Shown piece by piece: positions 45,619 to 55,984 of a stretch of 64,000 nt of DNA. A program made the position numbers and the translations under genes. The DNA is taken from NCBI GenBank assembly GCA_964599725.1, contig CAZRGT010000053.1:5680-69679 (forward strand). Direction: 5' to 3'. Origin of the DNA: an uncultured Gemmatimonadaceae bacterium (GTDB lineage Bacteria; Gemmatimonadota; Gemmatimonadetes; Gemmatimonadales; GWC2-71-9). The notes below the pieces were generated by a model, which had not been told where the DNA came from, did not search any database, and was given only the letters and a program-made list of their open reading frames with translations. Each line of letters opens with the position of its first letter. Positions within the stretch are counted from its first letter, which is position 1.

Positions 45619-46920
45619 TCAGTCGAGCTTGATCGTCAGCACCCGCAGCTCGGTCATCTCCTCGATCGCGTAACGCACGCCTTCCCGCCCCAGGCCGGAC
45701 CCCTTGGCCCCTCCGTAGGGCAGCCGGTCCACCCGGAAGCCCGGGATGTCGTTGCCGTTCACCCCGCCCACGTCCAGCTCGGCGTGCAACCGGAACAGGG
45801 TCTGTACGTCGCGCGTAAACACGCCGGCCTGCAGGCCGTACGGCGAGCTGTTGACCGCGTCCACGGCGTCGTCGAGCCGGGTGTACGGCGTGACGGTGAC
45901 GAGCGGCGCGAACACCTCTTCGCAGTTCACCTGCATCGCCGATGTCGTCTTGAGCAGCACTGTGGGATCGAGGAACGCGCCACGGCGCGTCCCGCCGATC
46001 GCGATCTCGGCACCGCCGGCCCGCGCTTCGGCGATCCACCCCTCCACTCGTTGCGCCGCGTCCGTCGAGATCATCGGGCCGACGTCGGTATGCTCGTCCA
46101 GCACGTCGCCCACCTTGAGGGCGCGCACCTTGGGGAGAAAGGCGTCGAGAAACTGGCGGTAGACGTCCTGGTGCACGTAAATGCGCTGGGTCGAGATGCA
46201 CGACTGACCGGCGTAGCCAAAGCCGCCGACCGCGCAGCGCGAGGCCGCCCAGGCGAGATCCGCGTCGGGCTCGACGATGACACCGGCGTTGCCGCCCAGC
46301 TCGAGCGCCACGCGCTTGGTCCCGGCCTTGGCGCGAATCGCCCAGCCCGCCGCGGCGCTGCCGGTGAAGGTGATCAACCGGACCCGCGGATCCTCGATCA
46401 GGATCTGGGCCACTTCGACGTGACAGGGCACGACGTTCACGCCGCCCGCTGGATACCCGGATGCCTTGATGATGTCCATCATCTGCAAGGTGGACAGGGG
46501 ATCCTGCGGCGGCGGCTTGATCGTAATCGTTGCACCGCACGCCATGGCCGGCGCGATTTTGTGCGCGGCGAGCAACACGGGGAAGTTGAACGGCGTGATC
46601 CCCGTGATCGGCGAGAGCGGGAAGCGGCGCGTCAGCGCCAACCGCCCCTTCCCCATCGGGACACTGTCGGTGGGCAGTACCTCACCGCCGATCCGGGTGG
46701 CTTCCTCGGCAGCGTCGGCGAATACGGCGATGGACCGATCGAGCTCCACGCGCGCCTGGGCGATCGGCTTGCCGGCTTCCAGCGCGAGGGTTCGCGACAG
46801 CGACTCCCGTTGCGCGGTCAGTCCGTCGGCCGTGGCACGCAACGCCTGCGCCCGCTCGTAGGCCGGCATCTCGCGGCAGGGGCGGGCCACCGCCACGCTG
46901 GCGTCGAGCGCCGCGCGCAC
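45619..46920 (-). CDS. NAD(P)-dependent aldehyde dehydrogenase (5' end unresolved; see finding)
   Basis: The catalytic Glu is in LELGGNAG and the catalytic Cys is in GYAGQSCISTQR. PFNFP is also present. The tracked ORF starts at a GTG about 40 residues into the conserved fold. ALDH-like sequence continues upstream in frame without a start codon. Confidence 0.88.
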   Translation of the reverse strand: MRAALDASVAVARPCREMPAYERAQALRATADGLTAQRESLSRTLALEAGKPIAQARVELDRSIAVFADAAEEATRIGGEVLPTDSVPMGKGRLALTRRFPLSPITGITPFNFPVLLAAHKIAPAMACGATITIKPPPQDPLSTLQMMDIIKASGYPAGGVNVVPCHVEVAQILIEDPRVRLITFTGSAAAGWAIRAKAGTKRVALELGGNAGVIVEPDADLAWAASRCAVGGFGYAGQSCISTQRIYVHQDVYRQFLDAFLPKVRALKVGDVLDEHTDVGPMISTDAAQRVEGWIAEARAGGAEIAIGGTRRGAFLDPTVLLKTTSAMQVNCEEVFAPLVTVTPYTRLDDAVDAVNSSPYGLQAGVFTRDVQTLFRLHAELDVGGVNGNDIPGFRVDRLPYGGAKGSGLGREGVRYAIEEMTELRVLTIKLD

Positions 46921-47198
46921 GTCCTCCGGGGTCGCCAGCGTGCAAACGCCGACTTCGCTGCCGTCGTGCGGCGCGCGGATGACCGAGGTCTCGCGTTCGG
47001 CGGTCTTTATAGGCCCAAAGCCTCCACCACGGGTTCGGCGATCGCGGCATCCTGCACCCCGACGCCGGTCAGATCCGCCATGGTAATACTGGTCGTTCGG
47101 CTAGAATCGCCCGGGCCGTGATCTTCGCCAACCCGCCGCCACGGCCGCAGCTATGGAGACGTGGTCCCGGAACTCCTCCAGCGGCACGACCCGCACCG

Positions 47199-48323
47199 CT
47201 AGTCCCCGAAGGCGCGCCGCAGCCCGGCACCGGCCGCGGCCAGTGCGTGTCGCAGCTCGCCCGACTCGTTGCCGTAGCCGAAGCGGAGGTATCCGGGCAT
47301 GCCGAAGTGCTCTCCGGGCACGAGCAGCACGTCTTCAGCAGCTCGCACCCGCTCCACCAGATCCTCGCCCGGCACCGCCGGTCGATAGCGGGCGAAACAG
47401 ATCGCCCCGGCGCTTGGCGGGACCCAGGAGAAGGCGTCCCCGAATTCGCGCAGCCAGGCCTCGAGCACCGGGTAGTTCTCGCGCAGGATCCCGCGCGTGC
47501 GCGCGAGCAGGTGCTCACGCACCGCGGGCTCGAGCGCCAGCGTCGCGAGATGATCGGTGACGCCGGACGGTCCGATGGTGGTGTAGTCGTGACGCGCCCA
47601 GGCGTCGGCGACGAGCTCGGGCGGCGCCACGAGCCAACCGATCCGCAGCCCGGGGAGCCCGTACGCCTTGGAGAGTCCCGACACGCAAACCAGCCGGTCG
47701 TAGCTGCCCCAGAACGATTGCGTCGTCCGGCCGTCGCGCTCGGCGCCGATGTAGACCTCGTCGGCGAGCAGCCACGCGCCTACCTCCGCCGTGCGCTCGA
47801 GAATCGTCCGGCGCACCGCGTCGGCGAGAATCGATCCGGTCGGATTGTGCGGATTGGTCACGACGACGAGCTTCGTACCCGGCGCGATGGCGGCGCGGAT
47901 CTCGGCCGCGTCGGGCGCCCAGTTCTGGTCCTCGCGTAGCCGGAACCCGCGCACCTGGGCGCCCAGGTTCTGCGAGTGACCCCAGAGCTGGAGGTAGTTC
48001 GGCAGCAGCATCGCGACCGAGTCGCCCGGCTCGATCAGTCGCAGGGCGGCGATGTAGTTCGCTTCTGCGCTGCCGGTCGTGACCAGCACCTGGTCGGGCG
48101 AGGCGCCGGAATAGAGCGCGGCGATGCGCGCGCGGAGCGCGTCGGTGCCGTTGGACTGGCTGTACCCCAGCCGGACATCGAGCAGCGGCTCGGTGGACGC
48201 ACCGGCGAGGGTGATCAGCTCACGCACGCTCAACGGGTGCACGCCGGATTCGGACAGATTGAATCGAACCCGGTTTTCCCAGGTGCTCTGCCAGCGCTCG
48301 AGATCGAAAGTGACGAACGGCAC
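47199..48323 (-). CDS. class I/II pyridoxal-phosphate-dependent aminotransferase
   Basis: The PLP-lysine motif is VSGLSKAYGLPGLRIGW. NPHNPTG and LLADEVY are also present. Confidence 0.88.
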   Translation of the reverse strand: MPFVTFDLERWQSTWENRVRFNLSESGVHPLSVRELITLAGASTEPLLDVRLGYSQSNGTDALRARIAALYSGASPDQVLVTTGSAEANYIAALRLIEPGDSVAMLLPNYLQLWGHSQNLGAQVRGFRLREDQNWAPDAAEIRAAIAPGTKLVVVTNPHNPTGSILADAVRRTILERTAEVGAWLLADEVYIGAERDGRTTQSFWGSYDRLVCVSGLSKAYGLPGLRIGWLVAPPELVADAWARHDYTTIGPSGVTDHLATLALEPAVREHLLARTRGILRENYPVLEAWLREFGDAFSWVPPSAGAICFARYRPAVPGEDLVERVRAAEDVLLVPGEHFGMPGYLRFGYGNESGELRHALAAAGAGLRRAFGD

Positions 48324-48332
48324 GGGAAGCTC

Positions 48333-48971
48333 CTAGCTGAGCTGCACGAGATCGCGGGGTTGCTCCAGCCAGTAGTCCGGCTCGAGGTCCTGCAGATGCG
48401 CCCGGTCGAACGGGCCCCACAGCACGGCGGCGGTGGCGACGCCGGCCGCGCGGCCGCATTCGAGGTCGTGGCGCGAGTCGCCAATGAACACGGCTTCGTC
48501 CGGCGTCCGACCGAGCCGCTCGAGCGCGATGAGAACCGGCTCAGGATGTGGTTTCGGGTTGGTGACGTCGTCCGAGCCGACGACCACCGTGAACGCATCT
48601 TCGATTCCAGCCAGGCATAGACCCTTGAGCGCACCGCCGCGCATTTTGCTGGTCACGAGGCCCAGCACTTTGCCGTCCTCGCGGAGCCGCCGCACTTCGG
48701 TGACCACGCCGTCGTAGGGCCGCACCAGCTCGTCGTGGTGCGCGAGGTTGTAAATGCGGTAGGTGTCGACCATGGCCCGGATCTCGGTTTCGTCTTCGGT
48801 CCAGTGACGAAACTGGACCCAGAGTGGTGTGCCGAGCCCTTCCATCCAGACGTCATCCGGCGGCTCTACGCCGCGGTGGGTTCGCATGGTGTGACGATAA
48901 GAGCGCAGGATCAACTCGATCGAGTCGATCAGGGTGCCATCGAGATCGAACAGGAACGTCGTCAGCGCCAC
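48333..48971 (-). CDS. HAD-superfamily hydrolase (phosphoglycolate phosphatase/PpaX-like)
   Basis: Motif I is FLFDLDGTLIDS, motif II is VTSK and motif IV is FIGDSRHD. Confidence 0.85.
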   Translation of the reverse strand: MALTTFLFDLDGTLIDSIELILRSYRHTMRTHRGVEPPDDVWMEGLGTPLWVQFRHWTEDETEIRAMVDTYRIYNLAHHDELVRPYDGVVTEVRRLREDGKVLGLVTSKMRGGALKGLCLAGIEDAFTVVVGSDDVTNPKPHPEPVLIALERLGRTPDEAVFIGDSRHDLECGRAAGVATAAVLWGPFDRAHLQDLEPDYWLEQPRDLVQLS

Positions 48972-48980
48972 CGCGCCGGC

Positions 48981-49667
48981 CTACCGGCCGCTGCGCCGGA
49001 ACCAGGCGCAATCGGGGGCGAGCGGACATGCGTCGCAGCGCGGAGTGGCGCGGCAGACATCCTGCCCATGCCGACGGAGCAGCTGGTGCGCTTGGATCAG
49101 CCAGTTATAGTCGCGCGACAGCTCGGGAGCGAGCGCTTCACCGATCTGGCGGTAGGCGGCCGGTCCGGTCGCGTTCGGCTTGCCATACCCGAGCCGGCCG
49201 AGCACGCGCATTCCGTTCGCGTCCGGCGCGAGCGCGGCCTGAGTGCGGCAGAACAGCAGGATACGGTCCGCCCCCGATTCGCCGATGCCCGTGAACCGCT
49301 TCAGGAGCTTTTTCGCCTCCACCGGCGACTCCCGCACGAGCGTGCGCACGCGCGCCAGCCCGATCTCGATCATCAGCTCCGCCGCTTCGTGGAGCCGAGC
49401 GAGGCGGGCACCGGGGTTCGGTCCACCCGGGGCCAGGAGCTCGAGCATCCTCGGCTTCGGAGTCCGCAGGATGGCCTGCGGTGTGGTCCCGATCTTCTGG
49501 CGCAGCGTCCGGAACACCAATGCCCGTTGCTCGTCATCCGGCACGGCCGCCACGTGCTCCCAGATGATCCACTCGAATGGGCCGCTGGGAATGGGTCGTT
49601 TGGGACGGCCGTAGAGGCCGCGCAGGCGGTCGACATAGACCCGGAGGGGCAGGGCAGGGCGTCGCAT
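48981..49667 (-). CDS. HhH-GPD (endonuclease III-like) DNA glycosylase domain protein with 4Fe-4S loop
   Basis: The HhH is LKRFTGIGESGADRILLF. The catalytic-Asp region is APDANGMRVLGRLG. The C-x6-C-x2-C-x5-C cluster is CRATPRCDACPLAPDC. The EndoIII Lys120 position is not Lys, which suggests a monofunctional enzyme. Confidence 0.8.
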   Translation of the reverse strand: MRRPALPLRVYVDRLRGLYGRPKRPIPSGPFEWIIWEHVAAVPDDEQRALVFRTLRQKIGTTPQAILRTPKPRMLELLAPGGPNPGARLARLHEAAELMIEIGLARVRTLVRESPVEAKKLLKRFTGIGESGADRILLFCRTQAALAPDANGMRVLGRLGYGKPNATGPAAYRQIGEALAPELSRDYNWLIQAHQLLRRHGQDVCRATPRCDACPLAPDCAWFRRSGR

Positions 49668-49752
49668 TGGACACTAAAAGTGTCCTCGAACCCCAAAACG
49701 AGACAACCCATGGTCCGGAAAAGGTCGAGATTCGGGCGCGTTTGAGGGCGCG

Positions 49753-52077
49753 CTAGGCCGGGCCGACGAGCATGACGGCGGCGACAAGTTGCGCCTCCGG
49801 TGTGTCGACCCCTTCGGTCAGGGGCGGCAGATGGTCGTGCCAGGCAAGCAGGTCGTCGACATCGAGCGGCCGCCGGCGCTCAAGTAGCTGCTCCAGCAGG
49901 ACAGCTTCCCCCGCCGCCTGGCCGCCGGACAGCCGGGCCACGAGGGCATCGAGCCGGGCGAGCCGCTCTCCGTGGCCGGCACGCGCGGCACGACGCGCGG
50001 ATGCGAGGACGAGCGGAACGAGACGCCGGCCGACGCCATCGCGATCGGCCGTGCGCCAGCGGGCGGCGGCAATGGCCGCGCATCGGTCCCGCAGGAGTGG
50101 GGCGGCGATGCGAATCGCCTGATCGAGCATGGTGCGGTCGACCGGGAGCGGGGGCGCGTAGGCGGCCTCCTCCAAGAGGCTCGCCGCTCGCCCCGCGTTC
50201 GCGGTCGCGACGCCTCGCTCCACGACGATCGCCTCCACCAGTTCGCCCAGACGCATGACCAGCACGCAGGCGTCGCCGCGCGTTGAGGCCGCCCCGACCG
50301 CACCGATCCCGTCGGCTCCCCCAGGGAGAGATGCCAGCGGCTGGAGCCGGTCGCACCAGTCGAGGGGCGCGTCCCCACGGTGTATGCTGTGGAGCGTCTC
50401 GACCTGCGCCGCGCCAGCCGAGAGCTGAGCGACGACCTTCCGCGCCAGGCGCTGCTCGAACGCGATCGCGGACGCGAGCGGCTCAGGCGGAAGGAACGCG
50501 ACGGTTGCGACACTCTCATGGGGAGACGCGAGTCGGTCCACTCGCCCCACGCGCTGCGCCAGTCGAGCGGGACTCCAGGGCAGGTCGTAGTGCACCACGC
50601 GCTCGGCGTCCTGCAGGTTGAGCCCTTCTCCCACCAAATCGGTGGCGATCAGGATGTCGACTTGAGACAGCGTTCGTGGCGGCGCGACGCCGTGCGCACG
50701 CGGCGCGAACGCCTCGAGCACCTCGCGCCGCGTGACGCGACCGAGGCCGAGCCAGCCCGCCGACCCGGCGACCGCTCCGATCCGGAACGTGGCTGCGAGG
50801 CGCCGGCGCAAGTGGTGTACCGTCGCGACCGCGTCCGCGAACACGATCGTCTTGGCCGGCGAGTCCGCCAGGAGTCGTTCGAGCGCGTCGGACTTGGGGT
50901 CGGCCTCTGTGCGCGCGCGCTCGAGCAGACGGCGCACGTGATCGCCAGCGTCGGGATCGCCTACAGGCGTCGTGCTCGCCTCGAGCAACAACGGTAGAAA
51001 CGCGAGCTGAAGGTCGGCTCCGGCTGTCATCGGAAACAGCCGCCGGAATAGACGCGACGGGAGACTGCAACCCGCTGCCGCTGCGTCGCGCTGCACCGCG
51101 CAGAACGCCTCGTACCGTTTGAGACTCTCCCGCAAGGCGGGGACGCTCGAAGCCAGCCGGCGCATCAGGGTCAGCCGAAACAGCGGTCCTACGCCGCCCG
51201 GCGGGCGCAGCACGGCGATCCCCCGGGCGAGCTCGTCGACGATTTCCGTCGCCGCCGGTGCGGCCCTGATCGTCACCGGCTCGGTGCGCCTGGGGAATGC
51301 GAGGCCACTCCAGGCCGTGGTGACGCGGTGCCGCGACCTCGCGACGACGAACCGCGCCACCGCGGCGAGGGTCGCTTGGCCCGGATCGCCGTCGCGGGCC
51401 GCGCGAGCCAGCGACGGCACGCCGAGCGCCACCAACGCATCGTCCCGGAGGAACAGCCGGAGCAGGTGCAAGAGCTCGGCAGCCCGATGATGCACCGGGG
51501 TCGCGGACACGAGCAGCAGGCGGCTGCCGACGACCCGCTGCGCCAACGCGCGGTAGCGGCGGGCGTGCGGATTCCGGAAGTGATGGGCCTCGTCGACGAT
51601 GCACAGCGGTGCGGGGCCGTGGCCGTGATGCCACCTGGGACTACCGGGTTCGCGGCTCAGTCGCTCGTGACTGCAGATGCGCCCCGGCACGGCGAGCCGG
51701 TCCATGAGCGCCCGCCACTGCGGGACGAGGACCGCGGGAACGACGAGGATCGGCTCCGCGCCCAGCGTGTGCGCGACCGCCAGCGCGACGTACGACTTGC
51801 CGAGTCCTACGGCGTCGGCCAGCACCGCGCCGCCGTGCCGGGTCACGATCGCGGTCAGGCGGTCGTGGGCGGAGATCTGGTGAGGCGCGAGCCACGACGG
51901 CGCGCCGGGCGTTGGCGCCGTGAGGTCGAGCAAGGCCCGCGCTGCTGCTCCGCACGCCGCCGCCGGCGTCGTCTCGGGTCCGCCGCGGAGCAGGAGGGCG
52001 AGCGGCTCATCCGGTACCCGAAGCTCCTCAGCGAGGATTCGGAACGAGACGCGCGAGGGCGCGGCGGTCGGCGGCAT
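49753..52077 (-). CDS. SNF2-family helicase/translocase
   Basis: [18 protein letters not shown] (motif I), [11 protein letters not shown] (motif II), LLLVSATPV (motif III) and the helicase-C motif [11 protein letters not shown] are present. The C-terminal ~220 aa are unassigned. The start is uncertain: ATG 52077 overlaps the methylase gene by 50 nt, and TTG 51933 is an alternative. Confidence 0.8.
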   Translation of the reverse strand: MPPTAAPSRVSFRILAEELRVPDEPLALLLRGGPETTPAAACGAAARALLDLTAPTPGAPSWLAPHQISAHDRLTAIVTRHGGAVLADAVGLGKSYVALAVAHTLGAEPILVVPAVLVPQWRALMDRLAVPGRICSHERLSREPGSPRWHHGHGPAPLCIVDEAHHFRNPHARRYRALAQRVVGSRLLLVSATPVHHRAAELLHLLRLFLRDDALVALGVPSLARAARDGDPGQATLAAVARFVVARSRHRVTTAWSGLAFPRRTEPVTIRAAPAATEIVDELARGIAVLRPPGGVGPLFRLTLMRRLASSVPALRESLKRYEAFCAVQRDAAAAGCSLPSRLFRRLFPMTAGADLQLAFLPLLLEASTTPVGDPDAGDHVRRLLERARTEADPKSDALERLLADSPAKTIVFADAVATVHHLRRRLAATFRIGAVAGSAGWLGLGRVTRREVLEAFAPRAHGVAPPRTLSQVDILIATDLVGEGLNLQDAERVVHYDLPWSPARLAQRVGRVDRLASPHESVATVAFLPPEPLASAIAFEQRLARKVVAQLSAGAAQVETLHSIHRGDAPLDWCDRLQPLASLPGGADGIGAVGAASTRGDACVLVMRLGELVEAIVVERGVATANAGRAASLLEEAAYAPPLPVDRTMLDQAIRIAAPLLRDRCAAIAAARWRTADRDGVGRRLVPLVLASARRAARAGHGERLARLDALVARLSGGQAAGEAVLLEQLLERRRPLDVDDLLAWHDHLPPLTEGVDTPEAQLVAAVMLVGPA

Positions 52078-55063
52078 CGAGGTGGTACAGGTCGGCGGCG
52101 AGCGCGTCGGCCGGCTCGCAGCGCCGGCCATGCTCGGCCAAGGCGGCCCACGCGCTCTGGTTTGTGACCGGCAACGGGAGTGCCCCCACCACGCCGGCGT
52201 TGAAGCGCCGGAAGCCGCCACGGGCCTGGTCGGCGCCCAGCCGCGCGAGGGCCGTGCACCAGGGGGTATTCAGCAGCGCGGCGAGCGCATGAGCGTCGTC
52301 CGCGGTGCGGGTGACGATACCGTACACCGTGTTGAGCGGGACCACTTCAGGCGGCGGCACGACGGCGGTCAGCTCACGCGACAAGTCGCGCCACAGGACA
52401 CGGTGTGGGAAGAGCGCGAGTTTCGTACGAAACAGCTGCCAGGCCGGTCCGCCCCGGTAGTCGGTCCGCCGTTTCAGGCGTTCGAGATGCGGCGTGAGTC
52501 GGAGCGCGAGCGGACCCTCGAGGCGCGCCAGCGGCCGGCCGATGCTGTCGTGTGGCCATAGCAGGAAGAGACGTGGGGTGGCGAGCCAGCGGGCGAGGTC
52601 CCGCCCCCGCACGGCGGGTCGAGCGCCCTGCACGGCCTCGGGCACCAGATAGACGGCGTCGGCGCCGGTCTTCACGCCCAGGCTGGGGGACCAGCGGTCC
52701 CGGATGGCGGGGCAATCGCGCGCCAGACGCCGCGCCACGGCACCGGCGTCAGGGACCAGGATCCAGGGGCCGGGAGCCTGCAACAGACGCTGTGGCAACG
52801 GCGGTCCGGGCGGATCGGACCCCAGGGCACAACAGACGGACGCGGTCGGCTCAGGATCCCGGCGTGCCGCGACGAGTGCCATCGGGTAAACCGCCGCGCC
52901 GAAGGCGGCAGCCGCATCGTCGAGTGGGGCGACACGCTCGAGCTGCGTCGCCCCGGCCAAGCGGCGACGCAGCGCCTCGGCGTACCCCGCCGTCGCCAAC
53001 TTCGCCGGCACCAGCATCCCGACGACGCCACCCGGAGCCGCGAGCTCGAGGGCGCGCTCGTAGAACGCCACCGAGAGATCCGGCACGTGCGCGAAGCGAC
53101 CCGACGACGCAGGGCGCCACGTCGGGTAGCGGTGAGCGAGGATTTCGCGCACCCGAGCGGGCAGGCGCTCACCGCGCACCCAGGGAGGGTTTCCCAGCAC
53201 GATATCGAACCCTCCTACCGCGAGGTGGTCGCCGAAATGGGATTCGACGCTGAAGAACGGCGCGCCCTCTTCGCGCGCCATGCGGCGCCGCGCGGTGCGC
53301 AGCTCCGTCCGCGCCAGCCGGAGCCGGCGGAGCGCGACGTGCTGTGCGGAGTCGAGTCCGACTCGGTGGCCGAACAGGTCGCGACTCCTGGCGCGGGCCG
53401 CGATCTCCCGGATACGCGCCTCCAAAGCGAGCAGCGCCCGGTCGTACAGCGCCTGCGCGAGGTCGTGCTCCGCGCGCGCCAGTGCGCGTGTGGCCTCTCG
53501 CTTGGCTCCCCCACTCATGGAAAACAGCGCGCGTCGCCGGTCGGTGAGGAGGAAGGCTTCACGGGTGAGGGATGGAGCGGCGGCAGCCGTTCCCGCGAGG
53601 TTCGCAGCCACGGTGTAGGGGTCGAGGAGCGCGTCGCCCTGTCGGAGGTGGCCGTCCAGATTCGGGAGCGGGGCGACCGCCCCGGGGTCCGTGACGGCAT
53701 CCTGGGCTACGAGCGCGAGCCACAGTCGCAGCTCGGCCAGGCGCACCGCCGTCGACGAGAGATCGACCCCGTAGAGCGAATGCGCGATGATATCGCGACG
53801 CAGCGCCGCGGTATCGGGCTCACCCGCGGAGACCCGCAATCGGGCCAGCTCCTCCAGCGCGCCGAGCAGGAATGCCCCGGATCCAACCGCGGGATCGAGC
53901 ACCCGCAGCTTGCTCACGTCGGGTGGCTCGGCGGGAGGGACACCGTGGTATACCCACCGCTCGGCGGTCCCGCGAGCGAGTCCCAGGCGGTGTATCAGCG
54001 CGGCAGCGAGTGTCGCGCGGACGAGGTCGCGCACCAGCGTGGAGGGTGTGTAATAGCTGCCGCTCGCGCGCCGCTCACCTGGCTCCATCACGCCTTCGAA
54101 TACGCGCCCCAGCATGTCGGGAGCGATGTGTGGTTCGGTATCGCCTTCGCGCACGGTGAAATGAAACCGCTCGAACACCTGGTCGAAGGCGTCGCGCCAG
54201 GAGGCATTGTCCCATACGGCGGGGCCCGCGCGGCGCTCCAATGGCGTCGGCTCGAACAGACCACCGTTCAGAAACGGGAGTCGACCCAGTGCCTGCGCCG
54301 GTGCAGAACGCCCGGCGGCCGGCCGGTTCAGGGCGCCAAAGCAGAGCGGGTGCAATGCGGCACGGTGGAAATGCCGTCCACGGGCGAGCGTCCGCTCGAA
54401 CAGCCGCGGCAGGTAGCGACGATCGCCGTCTAGCCACCCGTGCTCCTGAACGAAGTAGAGAAACAGCACGCGGGTCAGAGCAGTCAGCGCGAGCGCGTGC
54501 CGCTCGGCGCGCGCCTTCGGCGCCGGCAGGGAATCGGTGAAGCGATCGAGCGTCGACCGGAACGCACGGAAGAAGCGGACGGTCACGGTCTCGCTGGCGA
54601 GTACGTCTCCGACGCGGAGCGACAATGCCAGCGCCGACTCGCCCGGCTCCGGGGCCAGGCGCTCCAGTGTGGCAAGGGCGGCGGCGCCCGGCCGGTCCAG
54701 GGTAATCGGCGCCAGGCGGAGCCCGAGCGTGCCGAGCGCCGTCGCCCGCCAGGCGGCGAGCACGATCCGTCGCGGCGTACCTCCCATCGCACAGGCGAGC
54801 CCCCGGTCGGCGCCGGCGGCGAGTCGCCGAGCGGCGGCGCGGGCGGCGGCCTCCGGGACCGGAGAGGCAAGGGCGATCACCCGAAACGCGTCGTGTCGGG
54901 CGACAAGCGCCGCCGCCGTCACACCGGCTGCGGCCGCCTCGGTCGAGCCGAGCCAGGGCCCGGGTGGAACGGTCTCCCACGCCGCTTGGTAGCCGAGCGC
55001 GCGAAACACGTCGCGAAGATCAGAGATCTGCTCGGTGCGGGTGAGAAGTTCCCGAAGCACCAC
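52028..55063 (-). CDS. N6-adenine DNA methyltransferase, Type IIG/Eco57I/PglX-like architecture
   Basis: The helical N-terminal region has [23 protein letters not shown] and [15 protein letters not shown] is present. Motif I is [15 protein letters not shown] and motif IV is LGNPPWV. A C-terminal region of ~370 aa could be the target-recognition part. The GTG start follows GAGGGG. Confidence 0.88.
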   Translation of the reverse strand: MVLRELLTRTEQISDLRDVFRALGYQAAWETVPPGPWLGSTEAAAAGVTAAALVARHDAFRVIALASPVPEAAARAAARRLAAGADRGLACAMGGTPRRIVLAAWRATALGTLGLRLAPITLDRPGAAALATLERLAPEPGESALALSLRVGDVLASETVTVRFFRAFRSTLDRFTDSLPAPKARAERHALALTALTRVLFLYFVQEHGWLDGDRRYLPRLFERTLARGRHFHRAALHPLCFGALNRPAAGRSAPAQALGRLPFLNGGLFEPTPLERRAGPAVWDNASWRDAFDQVFERFHFTVREGDTEPHIAPDMLGRVFEGVMEPGERRASGSYYTPSTLVRDLVRATLAAALIHRLGLARGTAERWVYHGVPPAEPPDVSKLRVLDPAVGSGAFLLGALEELARLRVSAGEPDTAALRRDIIAHSLYGVDLSSTAVRLAELRLWLALVAQDAVTDPGAVAPLPNLDGHLRQGDALLDPYTVAANLAGTAAAAPSLTREAFLLTDRRRALFSMSGGAKREATRALARAEHDLAQALYDRALLALEARIREIAARARSRDLFGHRVGLDSAQHVALRRLRLARTELRTARRRMAREEGAPFFSVESHFGDHLAVGGFDIVLGNPPWVRGERLPARVREILAHRYPTWRPASSGRFAHVPDLSVAFYERALELAAPGGVVGMLVPAKLATAGYAEALRRRLAGATQLERVAPLDDAAAAFGAAVYPMALVAARRDPEPTASVCCALGSDPPGPPLPQRLLQAPGPWILVPDAGAVARRLARDCPAIRDRWSPSLGVKTGADAVYLVPEAVQGARPAVRGRDLARWLATPRLFLLWPHDSIGRPLARLEGPLALRLTPHLERLKRRTDYRGGPAWQLFRTKLALFPHRVLWRDLSRELTAVVPPPEVVPLNTVYGIVTRTADDAHALAALLNTPWCTALARLGADQARGGFRRFNAGVVGALPLPVTNQSAWAALAEHGRRCEPADALAADLYHLDAADRRALARLVPNPR

Positions 55064-55141
55064 GGGCCCCTCGGTTCGAAGGGCCCTACGATGCTACTAT
55101 GGACCGATGGAAGCGGTACCGGTTTGCCGCAGCAGAGATCG

Positions 55142-55181
55142 AAAAACCGCGGGTGCCGGGAGTCTGGCTCCCGGCGCCCCG
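55142..55181 (-). terminator. candidate intrinsic terminator after the ECF/DUF4097 operon
   Basis: On the minus strand, GCCGGGAG-CCAGA-CTCCCGGC forms a perfect 8-bp stem that is extendable by GGG:CCC. It is followed 8 nt from the perfect stem (4 nt from the extended stem) by TTTTT. It lies 14 nt downstream of the DUF4097 stop. Confidence 0.45.
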
Positions 55182-55194
55182 TTCCCGGCTGGTA

Positions 55195-55980
55195 CTAGGC
55201 TTTGCGGATACGAATGCTGCCGTTCACCGTGGACAATTCGAGCGTTCGATTGCCGCCGCCGCCGATCGTCCCGCGCATGCGCCGGGGACCGAACCGACCC
55301 GACACCGTCAGGGGGAAGTCGGTCTCCAAGTCCCCGTTCACCGTCTCGGCCCGAACCTCGGCGCTGACACCGTCCGGGAGGGTAAGCGTGATGCCGCCGT
55401 TGACGGTGGTGAATTCCGCGTCCCCGGTCCAGTCCGCCCGCCCCACGGTCGCCCGGATCGAGCCGTTCACTGTGCTCGCCTCGACGTGACCCGCGGCCGA
55501 CACATCGACGCTGCCGTTCACGGTGCTCACCGCGGCGTCCGCGCCCAAGTCCTGGGCCTCGACGTCGCCGTTCACGGTGCGGCCGTCGAACACGATGCCG
55601 GCCGGCAGCTTGATCGTGAAGTCCACCGTGACGTCGTTGTTCTCGCTGGATGAGCTCCAATCGTCGCCGGGCTCGCAGCGGTTCTCGCGCCGGGAGCGTC
55701 GCGGAGTGGGGTAGACGGCGCAGATCGTCACGCCATCCTCGAACGGCACGACCTTGATCTCCACTTCGTCGCGATCGGAGCGACGCGAGGTCTTGCGGGC
55801 GGTGACGTCGATTTCGTCGCCCGTAGCGGCCACGGCGCGGATGCTGCCATTCACGCCCTTGATCTCGAGCCGCTTGCCGGCGGCGAGACGTCCATTCCAG
55901 TGGAAGTCCTGAGCCGTCACCGGCGCGGCCACGAGTGGTGCGGCGACGAGCAGCATCAGCCAACGGGTAGTGAGGCACAT
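55195..55980 (-). CDS. DUF4097-family beta-strand-repeat protein (putative adhesin fold)
   Basis: The start is at MCLTTRWLMLLVAAPLVAAPVTAQ, a signal peptide. The repeated (T)VNGS(I/V) strands, such as STVNGSVDV, STVNGSIRA and TTVNGGITL, are typical of DUF4097. Confidence 0.75.
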   Translation of the reverse strand: MCLTTRWLMLLVAAPLVAAPVTAQDFHWNGRLAAGKRLEIKGVNGSIRAVAATGDEIDVTARKTSRRSDRDEVEIKVVPFEDGVTICAVYPTPRRSRRENRCEPGDDWSSSSENNDVTVDFTIKLPAGIVFDGRTVNGDVEAQDLGADAAVSTVNGSVDVSAAGHVEASTVNGSIRATVGRADWTGDAEFTTVNGGITLTLPDGVSAEVRAETVNGDLETDFPLTVSGRFGPRRMRGTIGGGGNRTLELSTVNGSIRIRKA

Positions 55981-55984
55981 ATCG

